Shown: positions 1-9,079, counted from the first letter of the stretch. The stretch is DNA of 54,936 nucleotides from Candidatus Micrarchaeia archaeon (GCA_049976305.1 JBMFIM010000004.1:1-54936); one strand, 5' to 3'. Numbers and translations: made by a program. The notes: generated by a model not told the origin, from the sequence alone.

Positions 1-90
1 GTAAGCCTTAACCAAGAGCTTCTTTGTTATGATAGGATAGGTATGGCGATGTATTTTAGAACGTTTATTATATATCATGCTTTTCTGCAT
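1..90 (-). CDS. 5' part of a hypothetical protein running off the window edge (MQKSMIYNKRSKIHRHTYPIITKKLLVKAY...)
   Basis: ATG at 90 on the minus strand, preceded by an SD-like GTGAGG; frame is open to position 1. Confidence 0.4.
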   Translation of the reverse strand, partial: MQKSMIYNKRSKIHRHTYPIITKKLLVKAY

Positions 91-162
91 GCCCTCACTG
101 ATAGTATTGAAAAAAACAATAAATAGCTTGCTGCCTGCTTGGAATTGCGATTGCTATGCATA

Positions 163-270
163 AGCCCCCGCCGGGGATTGGACCCGGGACCTTTCGCTTA
201 CCATGCGAACGCTCTCTAGTGGGCTAAGCTAGGAAAAATCCCGCGCAGCCTACCACTGAGCTACAGGGGC
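163..270 (-). tRNA. tRNA-Thr(GGT) with a 36-nt D-loop intron (216..251)
   Basis: Acceptor stem GCCCCTG/CGGGGGC; anticodon arm TTCGC-ATGGTAA-GCGAA; T arm CCGGG/CCCGG; bulge-helix-bulge AGTG/CACT with GTA and AGA bulges. Confidence 0.92.
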
Positions 271-273
271 TTA

Positions 274-522
274 TCAAAATACTTTGTAGACCGTGTCGCC
301 TTCTCTTACTGGCTGGTCCACCTTCAGGCCTATCGTGTCGCCCTTGTTAGCCTCATCGACGTTTATGTGCTCTATTTGTATGCTCTGCACCTGCTGCTCG
401 AAGTTTGTGTTTTTGCCCTTTATGCTTATCCTGTCCCCTCTTTTGAGGTTGCCGTGCAGCTCAACGATTGCTACGCCTATCTTGTCATAGTAGTGGGTTA
501 TCTTGCCTACTTCTTCTTCCAT
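274..522 (-). CDS. Small translation-factor domain II-like beta-barrel protein (U32 peptidase C-terminal-like)
   Basis: MEEEVGKITHYYDKIGVAIVEL...FEQQVQSIQIEH...IGLKVDQPVREGDTVYKV; ATG at 522 preferred over the upstream alternative start. Confidence 0.75.
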   Translation of the reverse strand: MEEEVGKITHYYDKIGVAIVELHGNLKRGDRISIKGKNTNFEQQVQSIQIEHINVDEANKGDTIGLKVDQPVREGDTVYKVF

Positions 523-570
523 GCTTATATTGAAAACAAGAAGATTAACAAAACTTACGCTAAGCAAGGT

Positions 571-673
571 TGCAGGGGGTGAGATTTGAACTCACGAAGG
601 CGCAAGGCCACAGGATCTTAAGTCCTGCGCATTTTTCTGTGGCTTTCGCCAGACCAGACTCTGCCACCCCTGC
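571..673 (-). tRNA. tRNA-Leu(TAA) with a 19-nt D-loop intron (634..652)
   Basis: Acceptor GCAGGGG/CCCCTGC; anticodon arm CAGGA-CTTAAGA-TCCTG; long variable arm; T arm GTGAG-TTCAAAT-CTCAC; BHB-like helix TCTG/CAGA with a TGGC-GAAA-GCCA intron hairpin. Confidence 0.92.
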
Positions 674-702
674 ACTCTAAATGCGAAAGGGCAAAACGTG
701 GG

Positions 703-1440
703 CTAGACGTAAGTAGGCGGCTCAGCTGTCGCTTCTGCCGCCTTGCTGTAGTGGTCGTGCGTTTCTTTTGCCTTCTTCAGTATCTCTCTCACCTTTGCCT
801 CGACTTCCTTTGCCTCTTTGTCAAGCTCTGAAAGGTCTATGCTTATCCCCAGAAGCTTGTTCAATGCTGAGATTGCTATCTCCGCATATTTAGGATCCAT
901 TATCTCTGGATTGACCTCTACAAGTATGTAAAGCATAGGTATGTTGAACTCTGCAGCGCCAGTAAGCAACACGGCGCTCACGCCTGCGATTACACCCTCG
1001 TCTATTGGCTTGAAGCCCTGCTTTATCGCCTTTTCAGACAGGTCCTTTTGCGAGGCTATGACATAAGCAACATTTGAAAGCTGCTGGGAAGGCATGCCGC
1101 CTATAGATACCATCTTCGATACGCCGTTCTTCCTTACAAACGAAAGCAGCTCCTCGCCGAGCGCATGCACGGCGTTTGTCGGTATGGTAAACTCTGACAG
1201 CACAACAAGCAGCTTGTTTTTTGGATCGGCATAGATCCTTGCAGTAAACATTGGCACGCCGTCGTGAATGGCTGTTATTGGCGGAAAAAGGTCGCTGTCT
1301 ATGTAGCCTATGTATTCCATGTTGAGCTTTTCTATTATGTAGCTAGCGGCCATCGGGCCTACAAGCCCGGCGCCGGGGAATCCCTCTATGAGCGTGTACC
1401 CTTTTAGGTTTTTATTCTCGAAAAGTTTGATTTCTAGCAT
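703..1440 (-). CDS. Proteasome assembly chaperone PAC2 family protein
   Basis: IEGFPGAGLVG motif, FPP...RIY, PDP-like MDPKYA, C-terminal coiled coil and HbYX-like tail (PTYV). Confidence 0.88.
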   Translation of the reverse strand: MLEIKLFENKNLKGYTLIEGFPGAGLVGPMAASYIIEKLNMEYIGYIDSDLFPPITAIHDGVPMFTARIYADPKNKLLVVLSEFTIPTNAVHALGEELLSFVRKNGVSKMVSIGGMPSQQLSNVAYVIASQKDLSEKAIKQGFKPIDEGVIAGVSAVLLTGAAEFNIPMLYILVEVNPEIMDPKYAEIAISALNKLLGISIDLSELDKEAKEVEAKVREILKKAKETHDHYSKAAEATAEPPTYV

Positions 1441-1618
1441 AGTATCATTGATGGTATAATTGAATGGTAACTTTTAAAATCGTTCCGTGGCATCTCCGCA
1501 CTGATGGTTGCAGCCTTGCGTTGCAGAAGGCGTTTCGATGCTAGGCTGCTACTTTTGCTCTCGGAGTTTCGAGGATAGATATTTAAATTATTAGGTAGAT
1601 GTTTATTCGGTGGAAGAT

Positions 1619-1843
1619 ATGGGAGAAAGAATTAGCAAGGAGAAAATTGAAAGAGAAGACGGATACCTGTACTACCTTGGCAAGGACGGCTATGTCTGGC
1701 GCACGCCAATGAAGACAAACCCTAGAGGAAGAAAGGCCAGGGTAGGAACTGAGAAGATAGAACGAGAAGAAGGCTATCTCTACTACATAGACAAGGCAGG
1801 CTATGTAGCAAGAGCAAAGATGAACAGGAGAGGAAGAAGGTAA
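1619..1843 (+). CDS. Small basic protein with an internal tandem duplication
   Basis: EKIEREDGYLYYLGKDGYV / EKIEREEGYLYYIDKAGYV; SD-like GGTGGA upstream, T-rich tract downstream. Confidence 0.75.
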   Translation: MGERISKEKIEREDGYLYYLGKDGYVWRTPMKTNPRGRKARVGTEKIEREEGYLYYIDKAGYVARAKMNRRGRR

Positions 1844-1921
1844 TTTGTTTTTGTTTTTCTTTCTGCTTTTCTGCTTTATGCTAATGCTAAATAATCTTTT
1901 CCTTTTAATATTACTGATTCT

Positions 1922-2311
1922 ATGAAGATTGTTTATTCCGATAGAAAAACTGGGAAAACGGCACAGGCAGATGTGCCTAAAGAGAAAGAGGCAATGCTCC
2001 TTGGCAACGCAATAGGCGACATAATAGACGGATCAGTAATAGGCCTGGAAGCCTACAAGCTGCAAATAACAGGGCTTACGGACAAGGCCGGAACACCATC
2101 CAGAAAGGACCTCGAAGGCAGCAGAAAAGCCTATGCATACTTGCTCGATAAAAAGCTAGGAAAAAGGGGCTTGCGAAAAAGAAAGCTTGTAAGAGGAAAG
2201 GTCATAGCTGCAGATACCGAGCAGATCAACACAGTAATAGTGCAGTATGGCACAAAGCCTGTGGAGGAGCTCTTCAAGCCAAAAGAGGGCCAGGAGAAGA
2301 GCGAGAAATGA
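1922..2311 (+). CDS. rps6e: 30S ribosomal protein S6e
   Basis: MKIVYSD.KTGKT, LQITGLTDKAGTP, GLRKRKLVRG, QINTVIV; adjacent to aIF2-gamma as is usual in archaea. Confidence 0.93.
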   Translation: MKIVYSDRKTGKTAQADVPKEKEAMLLGNAIGDIIDGSVIGLEAYKLQITGLTDKAGTPSRKDLEGSRKAYAYLLDKKLGKRGLRKRKLVRGKVIAADTEQINTVIVQYGTKPVEELFKPKEGQEKSEK

Positions 2312-2339
2312 TAATGAGTTATGCTTCAAAGGTAGGTAG

Positions 2340-3542
2340 ATGAATAGCCCGTTCAAGCAAAGCCAGATGAACATAGGCACACTCGGCCACGTAGACCACG
2401 GCAAGACAACATTGACTAGCGCCATAACGCACACGTGGACCGATACCCACAGCGAAAGCATAAAGAGAAGCATGACCATAAAGCTTGGCTACGCCGACGC
2501 AACTATCTACCTGTGCGGCGATGCAGAAAAGCCCGAGTCCTATACTACGCAACCGAGCTGCGAAGATGCCAAGCCTATAAGAAGAATCTCAATGCTCGAC
2601 GCCCCAGGCCACGAAATGCTAATGGCTACAGCCATCGCCGGCTCAAGCATAATCGACGGGGCAATATTTGTAATAGCGGCCAACGAGCCGTGCCCAATGC
2701 CGCAGACAAAGGAGCACCTCATGATAATAAACGCGCTTGGGATAAAGCAGGTTGTCGTTGTGCAGACAAAAATAGACTTGGTGGGCAAGGAAAAGGCAAA
2801 GCAGCACTACGCCCAAATCAAGCAGTTCCTCAAGCACACCATCATAGAAGACGCACCCATAATCCCTGTTATGGCGAACAAGGGGATAAACGTTGACGTC
2901 TTGCTGAAGCAGCTCTCTGCGATTCCTATTCCTGAGAGGGACACGACATCAGACCCGATAATGTATGTGGCAAGATCTTTTGACGTCAACAAGCCTGGCA
3001 CACCGATTGCAGAGCTGAAAGGCGGCGTCGTCGGAGGGTCCATACTAAAAGGTAAGTTTAGAGTAGGCGACGAAATAGAGATAAGGCCTGGCGTGCTTAG
3101 TTCGCAGAAGAAGGAGACATACGAGCCAATAGTAACAAAGATAGAGAGCATATCCTCTGGAGACCAGATGCTTGATGAAGCAATAGCCGGGGGCCTGATA
3201 GCGTTCGGCACAGATATAGACCCGACTTATACAAAGGCTGATGCACTCGTGGGCCAGCTGGTAGGCCACGTTGGCAAGTTGCCCGAGGTGCAGACCAAGC
3301 TAAGCCTTAGCTATGTTGCATTGAAAAGGGACGATCTTCCACCGCAGCCTTTCAGAAAAGACGAGCCATTACTTCTAGGCATAGGTACAGGCACTTTCGT
3401 TGGCTACGTAAGGAACGCCAAGAAAAACAACATAGAAGTGGAGCTTAAAAGGCCGGCATGCATAGAGGAACATGCAAAAATTTCTGTGCTTAGGAACTTC
3501 GGCCAAAGGTGGCGCCTGACAGGCTATGCAACTCTGGCATAG
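2340..3542 (+). CDS. eif2g: Translation initiation factor 2 subunit gamma
   Basis: GHVDHGKTT, MTIKLGYA, DAPGHE, QTKEHL, RSFDVNKPG, GGVVGG, C-terminal RWRLTGY. Confidence 0.97.
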   Translation: MNSPFKQSQMNIGTLGHVDHGKTTLTSAITHTWTDTHSESIKRSMTIKLGYADATIYLCGDAEKPESYTTQPSCEDAKPIRRISMLDAPGHEMLMATAIAGSSIIDGAIFVIAANEPCPMPQTKEHLMIINALGIKQVVVVQTKIDLVGKEKAKQHYAQIKQFLKHTIIEDAPIIPVMANKGINVDVLLKQLSAIPIPERDTTSDPIMYVARSFDVNKPGTPIAELKGGVVGGSILKGKFRVGDEIEIRPGVLSSQKKETYEPIVTKIESISSGDQMLDEAIAGGLIAFGTDIDPTYTKADALVGQLVGHVGKLPEVQTKLSLSYVALKRDDLPPQPFRKDEPLLLGIGTGTFVGYVRNAKKNNIEVELKRPACIEEHAKISVLRNFGQRWRLTGYATLA

Positions 3543-4561
3543 ACATTGGCTATTTTCTCCACAAACTTTTTCCTGTCATGCTCTGTATTCAACCTTGTGC
3601 CTTTGCTCAGGTTAAAGCCTGCCGCGTGCGGATGCCCGCCACCTCCAAACGCCTGTGCTAGCCTTGAAATATCTTTTTCCTTGCTTCTTATGCTCGCCTT
3701 TCTTTCTACAGTATTGACTGCTATCACTATTTCCTTTCCGCTTTTCTTGAAAAGAGCATCTAAGAGATCATCAAACACGAGCTTGTTGCTTGCAAAAGCA
3801 ACTGCTATATCGCCAGAGTAATATATGTTTGAAAGGGCCTTGCTAATTTCCTTCTTGCTCCTTTCTTCAAAGCTCTTTGCAAGCTTTGTTATCTCTTTGC
3901 TTACTAGCACGCCTTTGCTTATGCTGTCTGCAAATCTTCTCAACAGCTTTTGCCTGCTGGCCATGCTTAGTGTGTTGGCATATGTTATGGCAAGCTGGTA
4001 TTTTCTGAGAATACGCATGCCATCATTCTTTATCGCGAAATCGTCTGCATGCACAAGCTTTAGAAGCATTTTATCTCTCGTGCTATTAAAGCCCAGAAGC
4101 CTAGCAACTATCTCAGAAGCACAATACTGCCTGTTTTCTCCAAAAATGGCGAAATCGCACATCTCAGCTATGCCCACGCATTCCTTAGCCCAAGGATGGT
4201 GGTCCAGCCATATGATCTTGCTACCATTTGACTTGGCCTTTGAAATCGCCTCTTGCCACAAGCGCCTATGGGCTATGTTTACATTCAAATCCGCTATGAA
4301 GACAATTCCTCTGAAAGAAGAAATTCGTGCTAGCGCATGCCTAATGCTTTGCAGCGTATAATCTGTGAACACTGTGCCAGCATCAGAATAGGCGCGCAGC
4401 AAAAGCGCTGCTGAGGCTATTCCGTCAAGGTCTGTTGAGTGAGAAACTATCAATACACGCGTGCTTACCAATTGTTGGGCAAGCCCCAGCCTTTCGTCTA
4501 TTTCCTTCTGCCTTTTAGCATCAGGATAAATTCTGAATTTGTAGGCCCCTGCCACTTCCAT
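3524..4561 (-). CDS. DHH/DHHA1 phosphoesterase with an in-frame N-terminal TnpB (IS605 OrfB) fragment; native start possibly TTG at 4471
   Basis: SHSTDLDG, FIADL, WLDHH and FGGGGHPHAAG motifs; first 31 aa (MEVAGAYKFRIYPDAKRQKEIDERLGLAQQL) resemble a TnpB N-terminus. Confidence 0.88.
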   Translation of the reverse strand: MEVAGAYKFRIYPDAKRQKEIDERLGLAQQLVSTRVLIVSHSTDLDGIASAALLLRAYSDAGTVFTDYTLQSIRHALARISSFRGIVFIADLNVNIAHRRLWQEAISKAKSNGSKIIWLDHHPWAKECVGIAEMCDFAIFGENRQYCASEIVARLLGFNSTRDKMLLKLVHADDFAIKNDGMRILRKYQLAITYANTLSMASRQKLLRRFADSISKGVLVSKEITKLAKSFEERSKKEISKALSNIYYSGDIAVAFASNKLVFDDLLDALFKKSGKEIVIAVNTVERKASIRSKEKDISRLAQAFGGGGHPHAAGFNLSKGTRLNTEHDRKKFVEKIANVYARVA

Positions 4562-4691
4562 TACACTCCCTGTACCATAACTTTTACTAAAATATACTTA
4601 TATGTCTTTTGATACATATCTGTAATAGCGGTAGCAGCAGTTCGCTCTCATGTGCCTCTGAAGAGCGCGGATTTCCCGCCAGCTTTGCTAA
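4469..4691 (-). mobile_element. IS200/IS605-family remnant: end hairpin, promoter, SD and first 31 codons of tnpB
   Basis: AYKFRIYP..KRQ..I motif; upstream AGACATATAA TATA box and GGGAGTG SD; hairpin element at 4632..4691 with a second copy at 46785. Confidence 0.75.
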
Positions 4692-4765
4692 ATATATGTG
4701 AGGTTGAGTTGTTCCGGTCTAGAAGCCAGACAGTCTACATAGAAAAGCAAGGTTGAAAGAATTAG

Positions 4766-4795
4766 AAAGGCCTGCTGGGGGAGCGGCAGGCCTTT
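4766..4795. terminator. GC-rich stem-loop immediately after the stop codon of the wHTH gene
   Basis: AAAGGCCTGCTG-ggggag-CGGCAGGCCTTT inverted repeat. Confidence 0.55.
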
Positions 4796-4800
4796 TTCCT

Positions 4801-5304
4801 CTATTGAGGGGGTGTTATCAGTATTTCGTTTTGAGTCGCCTTGCCAGCATAACGGTAGTAAACCTTGTGACCAAGTTGATAGCGCTCCAAAAGGCCGCGC
4901 TTGTAAAGAAGGTTGAGCCTTGCCGAAGCTGCGTTCTTGCCCTTGTAGCCCATGAATGCTCTAAGTTCCTCTGCTGAGGCCATGCCTTTTGCCTGCACGA
5001 ACTCTATTACCTTTGTGTCTACAGGGCTCAGCGGAACAGGCTTTGCCTCGGCAATATTCTCTTCAATAGGAGCGGCCTCTTCAGAAGCAGGCTGTGCGAT
5101 GAGCTCTTCCAGCTTTTCAACCTGCTTTGTAACAAGCTCAAGCTGCTTGTTGGTGCGCTCTCTTTCCTCCACAAGGTATTTTACCAATGCCGCAAGGCTT
5201 GTTTCATCTACGCGTTCGCGAACGCCTGCATTTTGTATCGCTACCTGCTCAATTTTTTCCTTAAGCTCCTTTATCTGCTTTGTTAGCTCATCGAGTTTTG
5301 TCAT
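4801..5304 (-). CDS. Coiled-coil plus C-terminal winged-helix DNA-binding protein
   Basis: Heptad-rich N-terminal half; LSPVDTKVIEFVQAKGMASAEEL...ASARLNLLYKRGLLERYQLGHKVYY has a wHTH pattern. Confidence 0.75.
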   Translation of the reverse strand: MTKLDELTKQIKELKEKIEQVAIQNAGVRERVDETSLAALVKYLVEERERTNKQLELVTKQVEKLEELIAQPASEEAAPIEENIAEAKPVPLSPVDTKVIEFVQAKGMASAEELRAFMGYKGKNAASARLNLLYKRGLLERYQLGHKVYYRYAGKATQNEILITPPQ

Positions 5305-5384
5305 GCAGGCACCACGAACTTTCACGCAACACTCACGAAAGTTTCATGCTTCATGCATGAAACAATCATGAATCAATCATAGAA
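5301..5384. repeat. Array of 8 degenerate TCAYGAA-like motifs at ~11-bp periodicity
   Basis: Motifs start at 5301, 5312, 5322, 5333, 5344, 5355, 5366 and 5377. Confidence 0.7.
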
Positions 5385-5536
5385 TAAACCTAAAAGATAT
5401 TTAAATATTATGCCAAGCTTGGCGGAAGTATAGTATATCAAAGTAGATCAACAAACCGTGTTTGCAAAACGCAAGCGAACCGGGTTAAGAAAGTCATAAA
5501 TATATTTTCTCGATAAAAATGTGATAGGATTGTGAT

Positions 5537-6040
5537 ATGCGCCAGATACTCATACCCACAGCCAGAGCTAAGCTGCTCAGCAAAGACGACACGCTGAAGC
5601 AGGTCTCAGAAAGGCTAGCGTGCAAAATAAGCATAGAGAACGGCAATGAGGTAGTCATAGACGGCGATCCCTACAATGAGTACCTTGCAGCAAATGTTAT
5701 CGAAGCATTTGCAAGAGGCTTTGACATCAACACTGCCTACAAGCTTCTCAACGAAGACATGTACTTCAAGTCAGTAAACCTCAAGGAGATATTCAAAAAC
5801 GAAAAGCAGATAAGAAGGATAAAGGCAAGGATCATAGGAAAAGATGGCAAGACGAAAAGATACATACAGGCCGTAAGCGGTGCGACGATAGAGCTTTACG
5901 GCGGGACTGTAAGCGGTATAGGCACCCTAGACCAGCTAAGAATAGCTTACACGGCCATAGACATACTCATAGAAGGAGGAACGCACAAAAAGGCCTACAG
6001 GGCCATCGAGAGAGCAAGAAGAGAGCTTACAACACAGTGA
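5537..6040 (+). CDS. KH-domain rRNA-processing protein (Dim2/Pno1 family)
   Basis: AFARGF, RIKARIIGKDGKTK KH GxxG motif, LIEGGTHKKAY. Confidence 0.9.
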   Translation: MRQILIPTARAKLLSKDDTLKQVSERLACKISIENGNEVVIDGDPYNEYLAANVIEAFARGFDINTAYKLLNEDMYFKSVNLKEIFKNEKQIRRIKARIIGKDGKTKRYIQAVSGATIELYGGTVSGIGTLDQLRIAYTAIDILIEGGTHKKAYRAIERARRELTTQ

Positions 6041-6044
6041 TGGC

Positions 6045-7676
6045 ATGCAAGAAGAAAGCATAAAAACTGCTGACGAGATATTCAAAGAATTTAGAGAGCA
6101 CAGCGTAACCGAGTTTTTCAAGAAGAACAGCCAAATGCTAGGCTATGCCGGCAAAGTGCGTTCCCTTACTACTGTAGTGCACGAGTATGTAACAAACAGC
6201 TTAGACGCCTGCGAAGAAGCGGGCATATTGCCGGAGATAAGCGTTGAAATAAAGCAGGTTGGCGAGGAGAAGTTCAGAATAACAGTAGCTGACAACGGGC
6301 CTGGAGTGCCGAAAAGCCACATAGGCAAAGTTCTCGGCAGCGTGCTAAAGGGAACAAAGTTTCATAGAAACATGCAGCAGAGAGGCCAGCAGGGCCTTGG
6401 CGGCAGCGGCTGCACGCTCTATGCACAAATAACAACAGGCAAACCAGTCCATGCTGAATCAAACACAGGCAAAGAAGCATACGCCTGCGATGTTAGCATA
6501 GACATAAAGGAGAACAAGCCCATAGTAACAAACCTTGTTGCTTTGCCTGTCGAAGGCCACACAGGTCTAAAAGTCACTGGTGAGTTTGGAGAAATGAAGT
6601 ATGAAAGGAGCGAGCACGGTGCCTTAGAGTACATAAGAAGAACAGCGATAGCAAATCCACATGCACATCTTGTGCTTATAGAGCCCGACGGCAACATGGT
6701 TGACTTTCCAAGATCTACTAACACTATGCCACAAAGACCAAAGCCGATAAAGCCGCATCCTCTCGGTCTGAACGTGGCAGACCTTGTAGACTATGCAAAG
6801 GCAAGCACCGCTAGAAAGATCTCTTCATTTTTACTTGAATCTTTCTCGAGAGTGACTTATGACAAGATAAACGAGCTGAAGGGCATAGCAGGCATTGATT
6901 TTGACAAAAGGCCGCAAGACCTTACTTGGGAAGATGCCGAAAAGCTTATAAGCGCATTCAAGAAGGTCAAGTGGCTGGCTCCAGAGATGGATGCACTCTC
7001 CACGATAGGCGCAAGCCGTATAGAGACTGCTATGAAGAACATTCTCAATCCGGAATTTGTAAGCGTGGTGGAGAGAAAGCCGAAGGTTTTCAGAGGGGGA
7101 ATACCCTTTGTTGTCGAAGCAGGCATAGCCTACGGCGGCAATGCCGGAACAAAAACAAGCCAGGGCGTAAGCGGCACCATAATGAGGTTCGCAAACAAGG
7201 TGCCTTTGCTATTCGACAGCGGCAGCTGCGCAATAACTGAAGCGGTAAATGAAATAGACTGGAAGAGATACGGCATAAAGGACTTTGACCAAGAACCTAT
7301 AAGCGTGTTTGTAAATGTGTCTTCTGTCTATGTTCCTTATTCGGGCGTTGGCAAGCAGGCAATAGCGCAGGAAGAGGAGATAATAGACGAAATAAAGCTT
7401 GCAGTGATGGAAGCGGCGAGGAAGCTGCAGGTGCACCTAAGCAACAAGAGGAACAGGAACCTGCAGGAAAGCAGGTACAAAACCATAATGCGCTATGTCG
7501 ACCAGCTTTCAAGCGATCTTGCCGACATAACAAAGATGAACAAGGAAGAAATAAGAAAAAGCCTTGTTAGGCTGATAGAGAGCAAATACAGCCAGCTATT
7601 CAAGGATGTCAGCCTAGCAGGCAGCGAAAAAGAAAATCAGCAGGCTGAAGGGGCTAGCGGCGAAGAAGTAAGCTAA
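6045..7676 (+). CDS. top6B: DNA topoisomerase VI subunit B
   Basis: HEYVTNSLDACEE, DNGPG, QRGQQGLG, RFANKVPLL, VPYSGVGKQAI. Confidence 0.97.
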   Translation: MQEESIKTADEIFKEFREHSVTEFFKKNSQMLGYAGKVRSLTTVVHEYVTNSLDACEEAGILPEISVEIKQVGEEKFRITVADNGPGVPKSHIGKVLGSVLKGTKFHRNMQQRGQQGLGGSGCTLYAQITTGKPVHAESNTGKEAYACDVSIDIKENKPIVTNLVALPVEGHTGLKVTGEFGEMKYERSEHGALEYIRRTAIANPHAHLVLIEPDGNMVDFPRSTNTMPQRPKPIKPHPLGLNVADLVDYAKASTARKISSFLLESFSRVTYDKINELKGIAGIDFDKRPQDLTWEDAEKLISAFKKVKWLAPEMDALSTIGASRIETAMKNILNPEFVSVVERKPKVFRGGIPFVVEAGIAYGGNAGTKTSQGVSGTIMRFANKVPLLFDSGSCAITEAVNEIDWKRYGIKDFDQEPISVFVNVSSVYVPYSGVGKQAIAQEEEIIDEIKLAVMEAARKLQVHLSNKRNRNLQESRYKTIMRYVDQLSSDLADITKMNKEEIRKSLVRLIESKYSQLFKDVSLAGSEKENQQAEGASGEEVS

Positions 7677-9079
7677 AACCAGAGCCAAGGAAGAACGTTG
7701 AGGAGTATGCTAAGTATGGTTATAGCTACAAGTGCATTGAGCAGATGCTTGCTTCTTATCTCGTTCTTGTAGATGCGCCAGCCGTCAAAACCAGGGAGCG
7801 GAAGCAGGTTGAATATCGCCACAAACAGGTTGAGCGAAAAGGAAAGCACAAGCACTGCAAGCAATGAGTCGACAAAGCTGTAGGCTGGAGTAATCTCAGC
7901 AGGCGCCAAGTAAACGCCGAGCTTGCCATTAGACATAGGCTTTATGCTCACTGTGCCTTTGCTAGTGAGAAGCTCTACGGTTCCGCCTGAATAATTGCTT
8001 TCTATTTTTTCTAGTGCGTATATGTTAGTGATGGGTATATTGTTCCACTTGAGCAGTGTCTCGTTTATGCTTAGCACAGATGCAGCGGGCGTATTGGCTT
8101 CTATGCCCACTATCTTAACTCCGTTTGTGGGCAGATATGGCAAGATGGCATAGATTACAAGCATTGTCAAGAAGAAGAATAAAATTGCAGTAAAAACATT
8201 CGCGCTTACGCCTGCGATAAATATCCTGTTCTGCTTCCTTTTGCTTATCCTCCTTACCTTCCTTTCGTCGGGCTCTACGAAAGCACCAAAAGGAATTATA
8301 CCGAAAAGCACAACGCCGACGGACTTGATCCTTACTTTTGCTATCCTTGCCAAAACGCCGTGTGAAAATTCGTGGACAACAAGAAGGATTGCAAGCGAAA
8401 TTATGCCTGCAACAAGCGGTATGGTGATCCCTGGAAGCACAGGCATTACACCAGGAAGCTGGCTCGATAGCGTTGAGTAGTTTGAGGTATAAACTGCTTT
8501 GCCTATTGCTAGCACGATCTCTATCCCGCTAAAGAGCAGCAGCGATATGGTGAGAAGGGCAAAGCCGCCGACAAGGCTGCTTAGCAAAAGCAGTATGTAG
8601 ACAAGCGAAAAGGTAGGCTGGGAAGCTGCTGGCTGCTCGCTTGCAAGCCTTGAGCTTATCACTGGCATGTACTGGAACATAAGAGAGAGGTTTGGAAACA
8701 TGAAAAGGATTATGAAAACAAGTACCACGATGCCAGATGCAACTGCCTTCTTATTTTCCACAAGCCCTATGCTGAAAAGGCCTGTGCCCATTGCCAGGCC
8801 CATGTCTGCAAAGAAATTCCATGCTTCACGGCCCTTGCTTGAAAGCTTGCTTATCAGCTTTATCCCTCTTTTCCCACCTACGAGATAAAGGCCATAAGCG
8901 CCTTCTAGCCTGTTTGAGCGCCTTATCAACTCCCCGCTCAGCATCAGCACAATTACCCCAACAAGCCCTCTTGCCAATATGCTTCCTGGAGTTATGACTA
9001 GATAGAAGATGGCAAGAAAATCTGCCATGATAGCAAGCCAAGCAATAGCTTTGGCTAAAACCTTGGACTCCTGAGCCAC
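7673..9079 (-). CDS. Site-2 protease (M50) membrane metalloprotease with PDZ-like insert
   Basis: HEFSH, GAFVEPDE, AGVSAN and NLLPLPGFDG motifs; GTG start at 9079 chosen from the upstream GAGGG. Confidence 0.92.
   Translation of the reverse strand: MAQESKVLAKAIAWLAIMADFLAIFYLVITPGSILARGLVGVIVLMLSGELIRRSNRLEGAYGLYLVGGKRGIKLISKLSSKGREAWNFFADMGLAMGTGLFSIGLVENKKAVASGIVVLVFIILFMFPNLSLMFQYMPVISSRLASEQPAASQPTFSLVYILLLLSSLVGGFALLTISLLLFSGIEIVLAIGKAVYTSNYSTLSSQLPGVMPVLPGITIPLVAGIISLAILLVVHEFSHGVLARIAKVRIKSVGVVLFGIIPFGAFVEPDERKVRRISKRKQNRIFIAGVSANVFTAILFFFLTMLVIYAILPYLPTNGVKIVGIEANTPAASVLSINETLLKWNNIPITNIYALEKIESNYSGGTVELLTSKGTVSIKPMSNGKLGVYLAPAEITPAYSFVDSLLAVLVLSFSLNLFVAIFNLLPLPGFDGWRIYKNEIRSKHLLNALVAITILSILLNVLPWLWF

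Noticed and set aside
4469..4691. Functional TnpB/omega-RNA system
   Set aside because: Only 31 N-terminal codons remain; no RuvC domain or right end is seen
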